From an uncultured Verrucomicrobiae bacterium (lineage in GTDB: Bacteria > Verrucomicrobiota > Verrucomicrobiia > Chthoniobacterales > JAFAMB01): a DNA stretch of 64,000 bases. Below the pieces are notes generated by a model. That model was not told where the DNA came from, ran no database searches, and saw only the letters and a program-made list of their open reading frames with translations. The DNA lies in contig CAWIPH010000002.1 of NCBI GenBank assembly GCA_963837955.1, positions 1,920,001-1,984,000 of the forward strand, read 5' to 3'. Positions 50,835-59,666 of the stretch are shown here, piece by piece. Both the position numbers and the translations under genes were made by a program. Position 1 is the first letter of the stretch, and each line of letters opens with the position of its first letter.

Positions 50835-52088
50835 ATGCTCCGCATCTGGTTCGAGTTCACCGAAAGTTTCCGAATTGCCGGGCAACAGCTGGCGGCGAAT
50901 CGTACTCGCTCCTTTTTGACCACGCTGGGAGTGATCATTGGTATCATCGCCGTCACCCTGATGGGCACGGCAATCCGCGGTATCGATACGGGATTCGATA
51001 AGAGTATGGAGCTGCTCGGTGACGATGTGCTCTACGTTGAGCAGTGGCCGTGGACGGTGTCAGACGACTTTTGGATTTATCGAAATCGGCCCGACATTAA
51101 ATTAGCGATGGCCGATGAGCTCGATCGGTTGATCGAGGCAACCCCAAACTCGTTTCTCGGCAGAGCTATTGCGGCCCCCAGCACGATGGAGGCGGTCACT
51201 TTTGGGAAACGACAGGTCAGCGATGTCTACGTGATGGGCACCACGAGCGACTATACGACAATTGGTAATACCGATTGTAAGGTGGGCCGTTTTCTCAACG
51301 ATTGGGAAAGCCGCGGAGGACGCAACGTTTGTGTGATCGGGCTCGATATTGCTGAGTCGCTCTTCCCCGGGCAAGATCCATTAGACAAATTGGTGCGCGT
51401 GGGCGACCAGGAATTTCGAATAATCGGTGTGTTCGAACGTCAAGGTTCTTTCCTTGGACTATTCAGCTTTGACACTCAGGTCGTGATCCCGCTGGCGGCC
51501 TACGCCAAATACTTCAAAGCAAATGCCGAACACGCATCGATCCGCGTGAAGGTTAAAGATCGCAAGAGAATGGCAGAAGCTCGTGAGGAGTTGCGCGGTA
51601 CGTTCCGTCGGATCCGGGCTCTGTTGCCGGAACAGTCGGACAACTTTGAGATTAACGAGCAACAGGCGTTCCGGTCGGTGTTAGGTCCGGTAAAAGCGGG
51701 GCTGGCGATTGCCGGTTTGTTTATCACTGGATTAGCTCTCTTCGTTGGTGCGATCGGCATCATGAATATCACGTTTGTCAGCGTCAAAGAACGGACCCGG
51801 GAAATCGGAACCCGCAAAGCACTGGGGGCGCGCCGGCGCACGATCCTGCTTCAGTTTCTGATCGAGGCGGTTTCGATTTGTCTGGTCGGCGGCATAATAG
51901 GTTTGGGATTGGCTATCTCTCTATTTGTCATCGTTGCTAAAGCTTTTCCCTCCTTTCCGATTGTGTTCGCGCCTGAGCTGGTCGTAGTCGCGCTAATCGT
52001 TTCTGTCGTGACCGGAGTACTCTCCGGCTTTGCTCCTGCCTGGCAAGCATCGCGTCTAAGTCCCGTCGAGGCACTGAGGTATGAGTGA
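50835..52088 (+). CDS. ABC transporter permease (MacB/FtsX-like)
   Basis: RSFLTTLGVIIG, GIMNITFVSVKERTREIG, QFLIEA, PVEALRYE. Confidence 0.93.
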   Translation: MLRIWFEFTESFRIAGQQLAANRTRSFLTTLGVIIGIIAVTLMGTAIRGIDTGFDKSMELLGDDVLYVEQWPWTVSDDFWIYRNRPDIKLAMADELDRLIEATPNSFLGRAIAAPSTMEAVTFGKRQVSDVYVMGTTSDYTTIGNTDCKVGRFLNDWESRGGRNVCVIGLDIAESLFPGQDPLDKLVRVGDQEFRIIGVFERQGSFLGLFSFDTQVVIPLAAYAKYFKANAEHASIRVKVKDRKRMAEAREELRGTFRRIRALLPEQSDNFEINEQQAFRSVLGPVKAGLAIAGLFITGLALFVGAIGIMNITFVSVKERTREIGTRKALGARRRTILLQFLIEAVSICLVGGIIGLGLAISLFVIVAKAFPSFPIVFAPELVVVALIVSVVTGVLSGFAPAWQASRLSPVEALRYE

Positions 52089-52096
52089 GTGAAGCG

Positions 52097-52134
52097 GTAA
52101 CCAGTGATCAGTAATCAGTGATCAGTAATCAGTG
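52097..52134. repeat. Heptamer array (CAGTGAT/CAGTAAT)n, left arm
   Basis: GTAAC CAGTGAT CAGTAAT CAGTGAT CAGTAAT CAGT. Confidence 0.85.
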
Positions 52135-52148
52135 GAGAGGAGAAGGAG

Positions 52149-52604
52149 ATGGAACAATTTGTTTACGCACGCAACTTTAGGGACCTGCTTGTCTACAAGC
52201 AGGCGTTCATTGTTTCTCGCAAAATTTTCAACTTCTCAAAGGATTTCCCGGAAGAGGAAAAATATGCGCTCACAAGCCAGATTCGAAGAGCGTCTCGATC
52301 GATCGGTGCAAACATTACCCAGGCTTGGGCCAAGCGAAAGTATGAACGCCATTTTGTTAGCAAACTTAGTGACGCCGATGGGGAACAAATGGAGTCACAA
52401 CATTGGGCGCGTGTTGCGTTCTCTTGCGGATACCTTGATGAATCAACGGCTCGCTTTCTAGTGGCGGATCTTGAAGAGATCGGTCGTCTACTGCAGGGCA
52501 TGATGGATAAAGCAGAGTCATTTTGCTCGGCACCAAGAATTGCCGACGGCAGTCCTCTTGTTGACGTTACAGATGTGGAGGATCCCCTGACCCCCGATTG
52601 GTGA
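52149..52604 (+). CDS. Four helix bundle protein (23S rRNA intervening-sequence protein family, Avd-like fold)
   Basis: FRDLLVYKQA, FPEEEKYALTSQIRRASRSIGANI.QAW.KRKY..HFVSKLSDADGE..ESQHW; GAAGGAG RBS. Confidence 0.92.
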   Translation: MEQFVYARNFRDLLVYKQAFIVSRKIFNFSKDFPEEEKYALTSQIRRASRSIGANITQAWAKRKYERHFVSKLSDADGEQMESQHWARVAFSCGYLDESTARFLVADLEEIGRLLQGMMDKAESFCSAPRIADGSPLVDVTDVEDPLTPDW

Positions 52605-52664
52605 CTACTGACTACTACTAACTGATCACTGAATACTGATTACTGAATACCGATTACTGTTAAC
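52601..52664. repeat. Heptamer array (ACTGATC/ACTGAAT/ACTGATT)n, right arm, inverted relative to 52097-52134
   Basis: Reverse complement reads GTTAACAGTAATCGGTATTCAGTAATCAGTATTCAGTGATCAGT. Confidence 0.85.
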
Positions 52665-52673
52665 AGTTGGCCT

Positions 52674-53906
52674 ATGCTAATATTTGAAACCGTGGGAATG
52701 GCTTGGCGCGCTTTGGGAGCGAACAAGTTGCGATCGGGTCTTACGACATCCGGCATCACCATCGGCATTTTCTCGGTTATTAGCGTGATGACCACGATTT
52801 CTGCTCTCCAGAATTCTATCGAGACCGGTCTCACCTTTCTCGGCTCCAATATTTTTCAGTTCTCAAAGTGGCCGGCGGGAAATTTTAATACGTTTGGCGA
52901 CGAGCGCTTCAAGAATCGGCGGAATATCGATTATCCAACCTACCTCGAGTTTGCTCGGCTCATGAAGGACACTGTCGATCTTACTGTACCGAAGGTTTTC
53001 GACTTTAGCGTTCAGGCGGTGTACGAAAATAAAAAGACGAATCCGAACCTAACCCTGGGCGGAACTAACCAGGGATTTATTACTTCGAACGACTTCAAGA
53101 TTGCTGATGGCCGCAATCTCTCGTCGGAAGATGTGGAATTTTCCCGGAGCGTTTGTGTGGTGGGTGACCAGGTAGTGAAGCGGCTGTTCGCGGAGGGGGG
53201 TGCAGTCGGCAGAACCATCCGTCTCGATAACCGAACGTATGAAGTGATCGGCACTTTTGCGCCGAAGGGCGGCTCCTTTGGGGGAAGCGACGACAACATG
53301 GTGATCATTCCGATCACCAAATTTTTTGAAAACTACGGCTCCCACGACCGCTCAATCAACATCGCTGTACAATCGCGAAACCAACTCGTTTACGAACGAA
53401 CGATGGGATTCGCAACCGGAGCATTTCGTAAAGCGAGAGAACTCCGACCGGAAGATCCCGACGATTTTGAGACTTACGGCAACGATTCGCTAGCGGCCGC
53501 GTTCCGGAACATCGCCGGAGTAGTACGAGTGGGAGCGTTTGTCATTAGCACGATTGCGTTAGTCGCGGCGGGAATCGGTATTATGAATATTATGCTGGTT
53601 AGCGTCACCGAACGAACCAAAGAGATCGGCATACGCAAGTCGCTGGGAGCGCGCCAGCGAGACATTCGCTTGCAGTTCCTGCTTGAAGCGCTTTTTCTGT
53701 CGTTGCTCGGCGCAATCGCCGGAATCGTTTTAGGTATTCTTGCCGGTGACGTGCTAGCAACGCTTTTGAAAGCCGAGGTTGTCATCCCGTGGGATTGGGC
53801 ACTTGCCGGGGTGCTGGTCTGCTCCGCCATTGGGATTATATTTGGTCTCTACCCCGCACACAAAGCTGCGTCATTGGATCCTATCGAAGCGTTGCGGTTT
53901 GAGTGA
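52674..53906 (+). CDS. ABC transporter permease (MacB/FtsX-like)
   Basis: NKLRSGLT, GIGIMNIMLVSVTERTKEIGIRK, QFLLEA, DPIEALRFE. Confidence 0.93.
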   Translation: MLIFETVGMAWRALGANKLRSGLTTSGITIGIFSVISVMTTISALQNSIETGLTFLGSNIFQFSKWPAGNFNTFGDERFKNRRNIDYPTYLEFARLMKDTVDLTVPKVFDFSVQAVYENKKTNPNLTLGGTNQGFITSNDFKIADGRNLSSEDVEFSRSVCVVGDQVVKRLFAEGGAVGRTIRLDNRTYEVIGTFAPKGGSFGGSDDNMVIIPITKFFENYGSHDRSINIAVQSRNQLVYERTMGFATGAFRKARELRPEDPDDFETYGNDSLAAAFRNIAGVVRVGAFVISTIALVAAGIGIMNIMLVSVTERTKEIGIRKSLGARQRDIRLQFLLEALFLSLLGAIAGIVLGILAGDVLATLLKAEVVIPWDWALAGVLVCSAIGIIFGLYPAHKAASLDPIEALRFE

Positions 53907-54088
53907 GCCGGAGGATAAGGAAGACAGGAGTTGGGAGCCGCGCTGATCGGTGATGTAGGCTGATGCTCCAGCCTCAGCACCCTAAGAGCGGCGCCCAATG
54001 ATTAGTGCATTCGTGGAGCGCCAATCGATATGAGGCGGTTTACTTTCATGACTCGATCGCTTTTAAAGGCATCGAAAATGTCGCTCCG

Positions 54089-55009
54089 CTAATACATATA
54101 GTATACCGGCAAGCTGAAAGTCCCTTGTATGGTTGGTTGCGGCACCCAGGTCCGTCGGACCCAGTTCACGGTATACGTGCAGAGTTCGGTTGGGCCCGTC
54201 TGGTCTAGCACTCGGATGTCGGTGATAGCACCGTTCTGAACGGTAATCGAGAGATATACTCCGGGCGCGCGTCGGAAATTGTTTTTCTCTTCATATGCGC
54301 GCACTGCAGCATGGTATTGCATTGGAAAATTCGGCTTGGGCGAACTTTGGAATATTCCCGCACCCGAACTCTTCCAAGCAGGAGAGGGTATCTTGAAGAA
54401 CATTGGCTGAACGGATGTGCCGCTATATGCGGGGACAAATTTCCAATGTTGTTTGATCCAGGCCTGCACTTCAGCAGAAGTTTGTGGCCATTGATCAGCG
54501 TCTTCTACAGTCACCTCGCTGATAGCGCCTCTGATGGCCGTGATTTTGGCTCTCAACGTAAGGCTTTGCTGCTTAGAGCTCTTCCCCTGCAACTCCTTCC
54601 AAGCGGAATCTGACAGCTTTGGCGCCGGTGCCGAGGAAAGGAAAAGCGACGATGATTGCTTTGAAGTTGTTTGAACGATCTGGAATGAGACTGGCTGTAC
54701 AAGTGTGCCACTAAAAGCTGGAACGAATTTCCAGTGTTGCTTAATCCAGGCTTGAACTTCCGCGGCGGTTTGCGGCCAAAGCGCGGCTTCTTTGACTGTA
54801 ACATCCGTGATCGTACCGTTCCGGGCGGTGATTGCTGCTCTTAATGTAGCCACTTTTGCACCTGTGTGGTTAGCTTGCAGTTCGCCCCAAGCTGCCTGTG
54901 ACAGAATCGGGGGCGGGGCCAAAGAGAGATCCGGGTTGCCTGCCCGAACGGGAATGGCGGACAGCCCAAACAAAAGCAGAGCAGAAATCCGAGGGGCGAA
55001 TTGATTCAC
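54089..55009 (-). CDS. Secreted protein with three tandem TonB C-terminal-like domains
   Basis: Signal peptide; two close ~85-aa repeats (G.I..VTV....WPQT.AEVQAWIKQHWKFVPA.SGT.VQP..F.I) and a third diverged repeat. Confidence 0.65.
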   Translation of the reverse strand: MNQFAPRISALLLFGLSAIPVRAGNPDLSLAPPPILSQAAWGELQANHTGAKVATLRAAITARNGTITDVTVKEAALWPQTAAEVQAWIKQHWKFVPAFSGTLVQPVSFQIVQTTSKQSSSLFLSSAPAPKLSDSAWKELQGKSSKQQSLTLRAKITAIRGAISEVTVEDADQWPQTSAEVQAWIKQHWKFVPAYSGTSVQPMFFKIPSPAWKSSGAGIFQSSPKPNFPMQYHAAVRAYEEKNNFRRAPGVYLSITVQNGAITDIRVLDQTGPTELCTYTVNWVRRTWVPQPTIQGTFSLPVYYMY

Positions 55010-55223
55010 AGGGTTCGCTTTTATCTAATTCAGCTAGGGATCGCAACCAAATCCATCGAGGTTGGAAACCTACTCGCGCAAGAGCTGGCACAGCCCTGAG
55101 CGGATGCGAAATGAAAGCGCTATCGAAGAGTCAAGGCCAGCGATTCGTCCATTCGCTGTCGACTGCTAACTGCTCCCGTTTAACTGGGGCTCGGCAGGAG
55201 CCTCGCCCGCCAACTGCGCACCG

Positions 55224-55862
55224 CTAATTACTAATGTCTTCCGGGCACGGCGCATTACTCCAGCCAGAACGGAATGGTTCAACGTGGCCGCGCTCGGGAT
55301 CAAACTTTTGTCGGACCACGCAGCCAGTATCGTTGGCCAGCAAATGGAGACTGATCGATGGCACGGCTGAAATCGTCCGCACGCGATGCACATCGTTGTA
55401 CGGAGGAATGAGCTCGTAGAATTCCCCCTGTTTCAAAATACGCCGCGCGCGGAGTTTTATCGGGATCTCTCGAGACGCTGAGTGATGCCCGCTATCGTCT
55501 TCTGCGACATCGAACTCCTCTTCCTCTTGTTCGCCCTGGTATAGGCCAACTAAACCCCAGGCAAGATGATTGTGTACTGGCGTCACTGCTCCCACCGGAA
55601 CGACGAGGCTGAACAGAGATAAATCCTTGGCTTCTGTTCTATAGAGTAGCCAGGAACCAATTCCGCTTCCCATCGCGCTCTGCAAACTCGGTCGCCGGAA
55701 TTCGTCAGGTAACCAAGTCGGATCGTTCAACAGTTCAGTGTACGGTTGACGCAGATGCCAAAGCCGATCGGAGACTTCGATCTGCTCTTTGAGAATCGTC
55801 TCTACCGTTGCGACGAAGCGATACAAGATCGGATGCTCAACAAAAAATTCTCCCGCCTTCAT
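55224..55862 (-). CDS. Cysteine dioxygenase-family (3-mercaptopropionate dioxygenase-like) cupin
   Basis: TPVHNHLAWGLVG, DVHRV, SISLHL, FRSGWSN. Confidence 0.82.
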   Translation of the reverse strand: MKAGEFFVEHPILYRFVATVETILKEQIEVSDRLWHLRQPYTELLNDPTWLPDEFRRPSLQSAMGSGIGSWLLYRTEAKDLSLFSLVVPVGAVTPVHNHLAWGLVGLYQGEQEEEEFDVAEDDSGHHSASREIPIKLRARRILKQGEFYELIPPYNDVHRVRTISAVPSISLHLLANDTGCVVRQKFDPERGHVEPFRSGWSNAPCPEDISN

Positions 55863-55997
55863 TGCGATTCAACAGAACGGCCGAAGCCGCGAATTTGCAA
55901 TCGAAAGCGCGCGGCGCGCGGCGTAGACGCGACGGAGGTGATTAGTGAGCGGCGAGCAGTAGGCAGCGAGCGAGAGCCAGGTACGCCGGGAGCCGGA

Positions 55998-56371
55998 TAC
56001 GCCGAAGGCGTTAGAGGACTCAGCCCGGGGTGGAGGCTTTGCGTAACCCCGGGTAACCCCAAAAATGCGCGTCCGCTCTGAAAGAGCGTAAGAAGTCTTC
56101 CAGAAATCCCGGTTACGGCAGCAACAATCCGTAGAGGCCGACGCTAGGTAAGAGGATCCAAAAGAACCGTTCATGCCCTCGATGGAATCCGTAATTGAGC
56201 GCCGTTCTGCCAGATGGTCTTACGCTCTTTCAGAGCGGACGCGAATTTTTGCGTTACCCGGGGTTGCGCAAAGCCTCCACCCCGGGCTGAGTCCTTTAAC
56301 GCCTTCCGACTTCGCCAACCATTAGCAGTGGTTCGACGTCACGGAAGGGCTTCGTCGGACAGGTCGGCGTA
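55998..56371. repeat. Long palindromic REPIN/MITE-like element, family A, copy 3 (right arm interrupted by a 59-nt mini-element)
   Basis: Same arms and spacer as the copies at 2939 and 20887. Confidence 0.9.
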
Positions 56372-56531
56372 TCTGGTGTATCCGACAAGCCGGGCGGTTT
56401 TGTCGTGACGATCGACAATGCAGCGGCACCCCGGGCGTCCGGCTCCCAGCTTACTGCTCACCACACCCCACTGCTTACTAATCACCCAATCACCAATCAC
56501 TTCTCACCAATCACCTTCTCCCCGTCGCCGC

Positions 56532-57464
56532 CTAACGCTGCTCCGCAAGCAGACGGACTTCGCGCCTCATTGTGAAGCGCAGTTCGGGATCGCGCAGATG
56601 AGCAAGCTCTACCAGAGAATGCTGCGCAGCGAGCTTGGCAGCAATTTGGTAGCCGATGAGATAACCCATGCGCGGCGGTCTAGAGCTGGTTGTTCGAAAG
56701 TTAAGGTACTCTGCAGTCTGCGCATCGTCGGTAGATTGCAGATCTATGAGCAATTGCCGGGCAACAGGTTTGACGAACCGGGGGCCGTCTGTAGCGAGCC
56801 GGGGATCGAATAGGATGTCTGACAAGGGAGCGGAAGGATTCAGGAGGCTGCTTACGTAGCAGGCTAGTCCCTCTTGCCAGACCAGCCTGTATAACGGTAC
56901 GTCTTCGGGATTAACTGGAGGTGGGTTGACCTGGAAATGGTAAAGATGGAACAACTCGTGACTAAAGATGACCGCAATCGGCGCGTTCCCACCGTGGAAC
57001 TTGGCCACTCCATCTAGGGCAAGCAACAAACTATCTAAATGATCATGCGGAACTTTCCCGTCGAAACGAAATCGGGAAACGGTGAGGTAGACGGTTGCCC
57101 GTGAAGGATGGAAATCGGGGAAAATGTTGGTGAATTGTTCTTCAATCCCTGAATGAATTGCGGCGAAATGACGTTCAAGTGAGTGAATGGCAAAACTCCG
57201 TCGCTGTAATTCGGCCAAATAGCGCGCGGAATCATCGGAGGTCATATCGGCAACATCCAACCGATTGGCGATCTCGGGACATTCGCTCCGCAAGTAATCA
57301 ACTAATCGGGCTGCTTTTTCCGATGCATTCAAAGAGGAGGAGGTTAGCAGATGAAAGATCTGTGGCCAGCGGTTGCGGACGGAGAGCTGTTCCTCGGCGA
57401 TGCCTGTCAGTTGGGTGCCGATCGACCAGGTGGCAACAGCTAGGATGAGGCAGCGTATCGGCAT
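56532..57464 (-). CDS. Exported putative Zn-dependent protease (DUF2268-like)
   Basis: HELFH, EGLA, RMGYLIGY; signal-like N-terminus; start inferred. Confidence 0.75.
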   Translation of the reverse strand: MPIRCLILAVATWSIGTQLTGIAEEQLSVRNRWPQIFHLLTSSSLNASEKAARLVDYLRSECPEIANRLDVADMTSDDSARYLAELQRRSFAIHSLERHFAAIHSGIEEQFTNIFPDFHPSRATVYLTVSRFRFDGKVPHDHLDSLLLALDGVAKFHGGNAPIAVIFSHELFHLYHFQVNPPPVNPEDVPLYRLVWQEGLACYVSSLLNPSAPLSDILFDPRLATDGPRFVKPVARQLLIDLQSTDDAQTAEYLNFRTTSSRPPRMGYLIGYQIAAKLAAQHSLVELAHLRDPELRFTMRREVRLLAEQR

Positions 57465-57537
57465 ACCGGTCTTATAGGTAGGTATAGTATCTGACCGTAG
57501 CGCGATGGAGTGGGGTCGAACGATCAAACGATTGACG

Positions 57538-57846
57538 CTATTGACCCGCTTTTAGAACAAGATTCAGCAGACCCGGAAAACGTTTCTCCAGCTCTACGGT
57601 TCGTAGAGAGGTGAGACATTTGGTACCTTCCATGCGGGTATGGATCAATCCAGCGTTTCGCAGCACATCGAAGTGATGCGACCGCGTGGCTTTCGACACG
57701 ACAAGTGAAATTTCGTTGCAGGCAAGTGGTTGCCCATCGGCCTGTAGCAGTGTGCGAACGATCGCGATTCGACCGGGATCGGAAAGCGCGTGCATGACCA
57801 GATCGAGTGAAATCTCTCGCAAGGGGGGATGGGAGTAGGTTTTCAT
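57538..57846 (-). CDS. ArsR/SmtB family transcriptional regulator
   Basis: ALSDPGRIAIV, SKATRSHHFDVLRNAGLI, RFPGLL. Confidence 0.9.
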   Translation of the reverse strand: MKTYSHPPLREISLDLVMHALSDPGRIAIVRTLLQADGQPLACNEISLVVSKATRSHHFDVLRNAGLIHTRMEGTKCLTSLRTVELEKRFPGLLNLVLKAGQ

Positions 57847-57870
57847 GAAGGGCGAGGTTACTATGCCATG

Positions 57871-57942
57871 AAGTTCGATTAATTTCGAACTTTTGGTTGA
57901 CTTCGATCCATCCGAATCAATAGTTCGATTATCATCGAACTA
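57871..57942. promoter_or_regulatory. Two palindromic operators in the divergent ArsR/OYE promoter
   Basis: AAGTTCGA-TTAATT-TCGAACTT (57871-57892) and TAGTTCGAT-TATC-ATCGAACTA (57921-57942); TTGACT at 57897 lies between them. Confidence 0.75.
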
Positions 57943-57959
57943 AGTCAGATTTACCTCTT

Positions 57960-59026
57960 ATGATCACACTGCTTGATCCTATTCGCGTTGGTGCCTGGGA
58001 ACTTCCTAGCCGCATTATCATGGCTCCGCTCACCAGGTGCCGGGCCAGCGCGGGGCGAGTGCCCAACGAACTCATGCTAGAATACTATGTGCAACGGGCC
58101 GGCGCCGGTTTGATCATTACGGAAGCTACCTCAATTTCGGCCATGGGGGTAGGTTATCCTGACACTCCGGGTATTTGGTCGGATGATCAGGTCGCCGGAT
58201 GGAAGCGAATCACTCAAGCGGTGCACGACGCTGGTGGGCGGATCATTTCTCAATTGTGGCATGTGGGGCGCGTCTCTGATCCGCTTTACTTGAACAGAGC
58301 ACTACCTCTGGCGCCGAGCGCTATCGCCCCGGAAGGGTATGTCAGCCTGATCCGACCGCAGAAGCGTTTTGTGACGCCGCGAGCCTTGGCTTTGGACGAG
58401 TTACCGGCGATCGTCGTGGAATACAAAAGAGCAGCTGAGAACGCGCTAGCTGCCGGTTTCGATGGTGTAGAGCTGCATGGCGCGAACGGGTATCTGCTCG
58501 ATCAATTCTTGCAGGATTCAAGCAACCACCGGACGGATGCTTACGGCGGGTCAACCGAGAATCGCGCTCGCCTGATGCTGGAAGCGGTGGACGCCGTCAT
58601 CTCGGTTTGGGGTCCGAACCGAGTCGGCTTACATCTGGCGCCGCGTGGTGACGCCCACGGGATGGGTGATTCTGATCCGGCGGCGACTTTTGGCTACGTT
58701 GCCCGCGAAGTCGGAAAGCGCGGAATCGCGTTTATCTGCGCCCGGGAGTCCTTGGCAGAACCGCGGCTCGGTCCTGAACTTAAGAAGGCATTCGGAGGCG
58801 TTTATATTGCGAACGAGGGTTTAACCAAGGAGATGGCCGAACGGGTATTGGCAAATGGCGAGGCGGATGCGGCCGCTTTCGGTCGGCTCTTCATTGCGAA
58901 TCCGGACCTGCCGCGCAGATTCGCCCGTAACCCGGCTTAAATGAGCCGGATATCGCGAGTTTTTACGGCTCAGGCCCTCAGGGTTATGTCGATTATCCTG
59001 TTTTGCAGCTAGAAGAAGCGGCGTAA
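57960..59026 (+). CDS. Old yellow enzyme / alkene reductase (NemA/XenB-like) with a frameshift near 58936
   Basis: MAPLTR, QLWHVGR, HGANGYLLDQF, FGRLFIANPDLP; the C-terminus LNEPDIASFYGSGPQGYVDYP lies in a shifted frame and ends at 59026. Confidence 0.9.
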
Positions 59027-59285
59027 GCAGTTCAGCATTTCGACGACCGTTACACGGCTGATCGAATGGGGTTCTTGAATCGCTTAGACCCGCCGAGGTG
59101 GGGACAGGATTAGGATTTAGGAGATCTCCCCAGGCGCCGACGACGGATAGGGATCGGTTTCCAACTGCGCGAGACTTGTCTGCTAGGGATGGATGGACGT
59201 GAAGAGATGCCGTCGTCCGCGCATGCACCCAACATTATGGACTCTCGATTCGGATCGCACTTGTCCGCCAAGAGATTAAGAAGTC

Positions 59286-59505
59286 GATCCCGGAGGGATG
59301 CGATGAAAGTAGCCCAGCAATTTATTGCTGGGAATTAGACCAAAGACGGCCCGTCCCGGAGGGACGATCGAAACGTCCAGTTATTGGCCTCCAATGTGAC
59401 TTTACCAGCCCGCGTGGTCGATCGTCCCTTGCGGGACGGCCACGTTTTCCTAATCCTGACCTAGCAATAAATTGCTGGGCTACTTTCATTGCATCCCTCC
59501 GGGAT
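59286..59505. repeat. Palindromic REPIN-like element, family B (uninterrupted)
   Basis: ATCCCGGAGGGATGCGATGAAAGTAGCCCAGCAATTTATTGCTGGG ... AGCAATAAATTGCTGGGCTACTTTCATTGCATCCCTCCGGGAT. Confidence 0.9.
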
Positions 59506-59666
59506 GACTCCTCCCGGCGTGCGTCCTTGTCCTCGTGCTGACGCGCATGGGCACATCGCCGGACCCTGGCATGGCCAGCCGACGTAGCGCAGGGTCCTAC
59601 TCCCTCCATCCCAACTTTTAGCTCCTAGATTCTGGTTGCCGGACGACTACAGTACGATACCCAATT

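Noticed and set aside
52149..52604. Diversity-generating retroelement, suggested by the Avd-like fold
   Set aside because: There is no reverse transcriptase and no template/variable repeat pair with adenine-specific mismatches in the window.
59510..59666. CIRCE (HrcA) operator upstream of clpB
   Set aside because: No TTAGCACTC-N9-GAGTGCTAA-like inverted repeat is visible.
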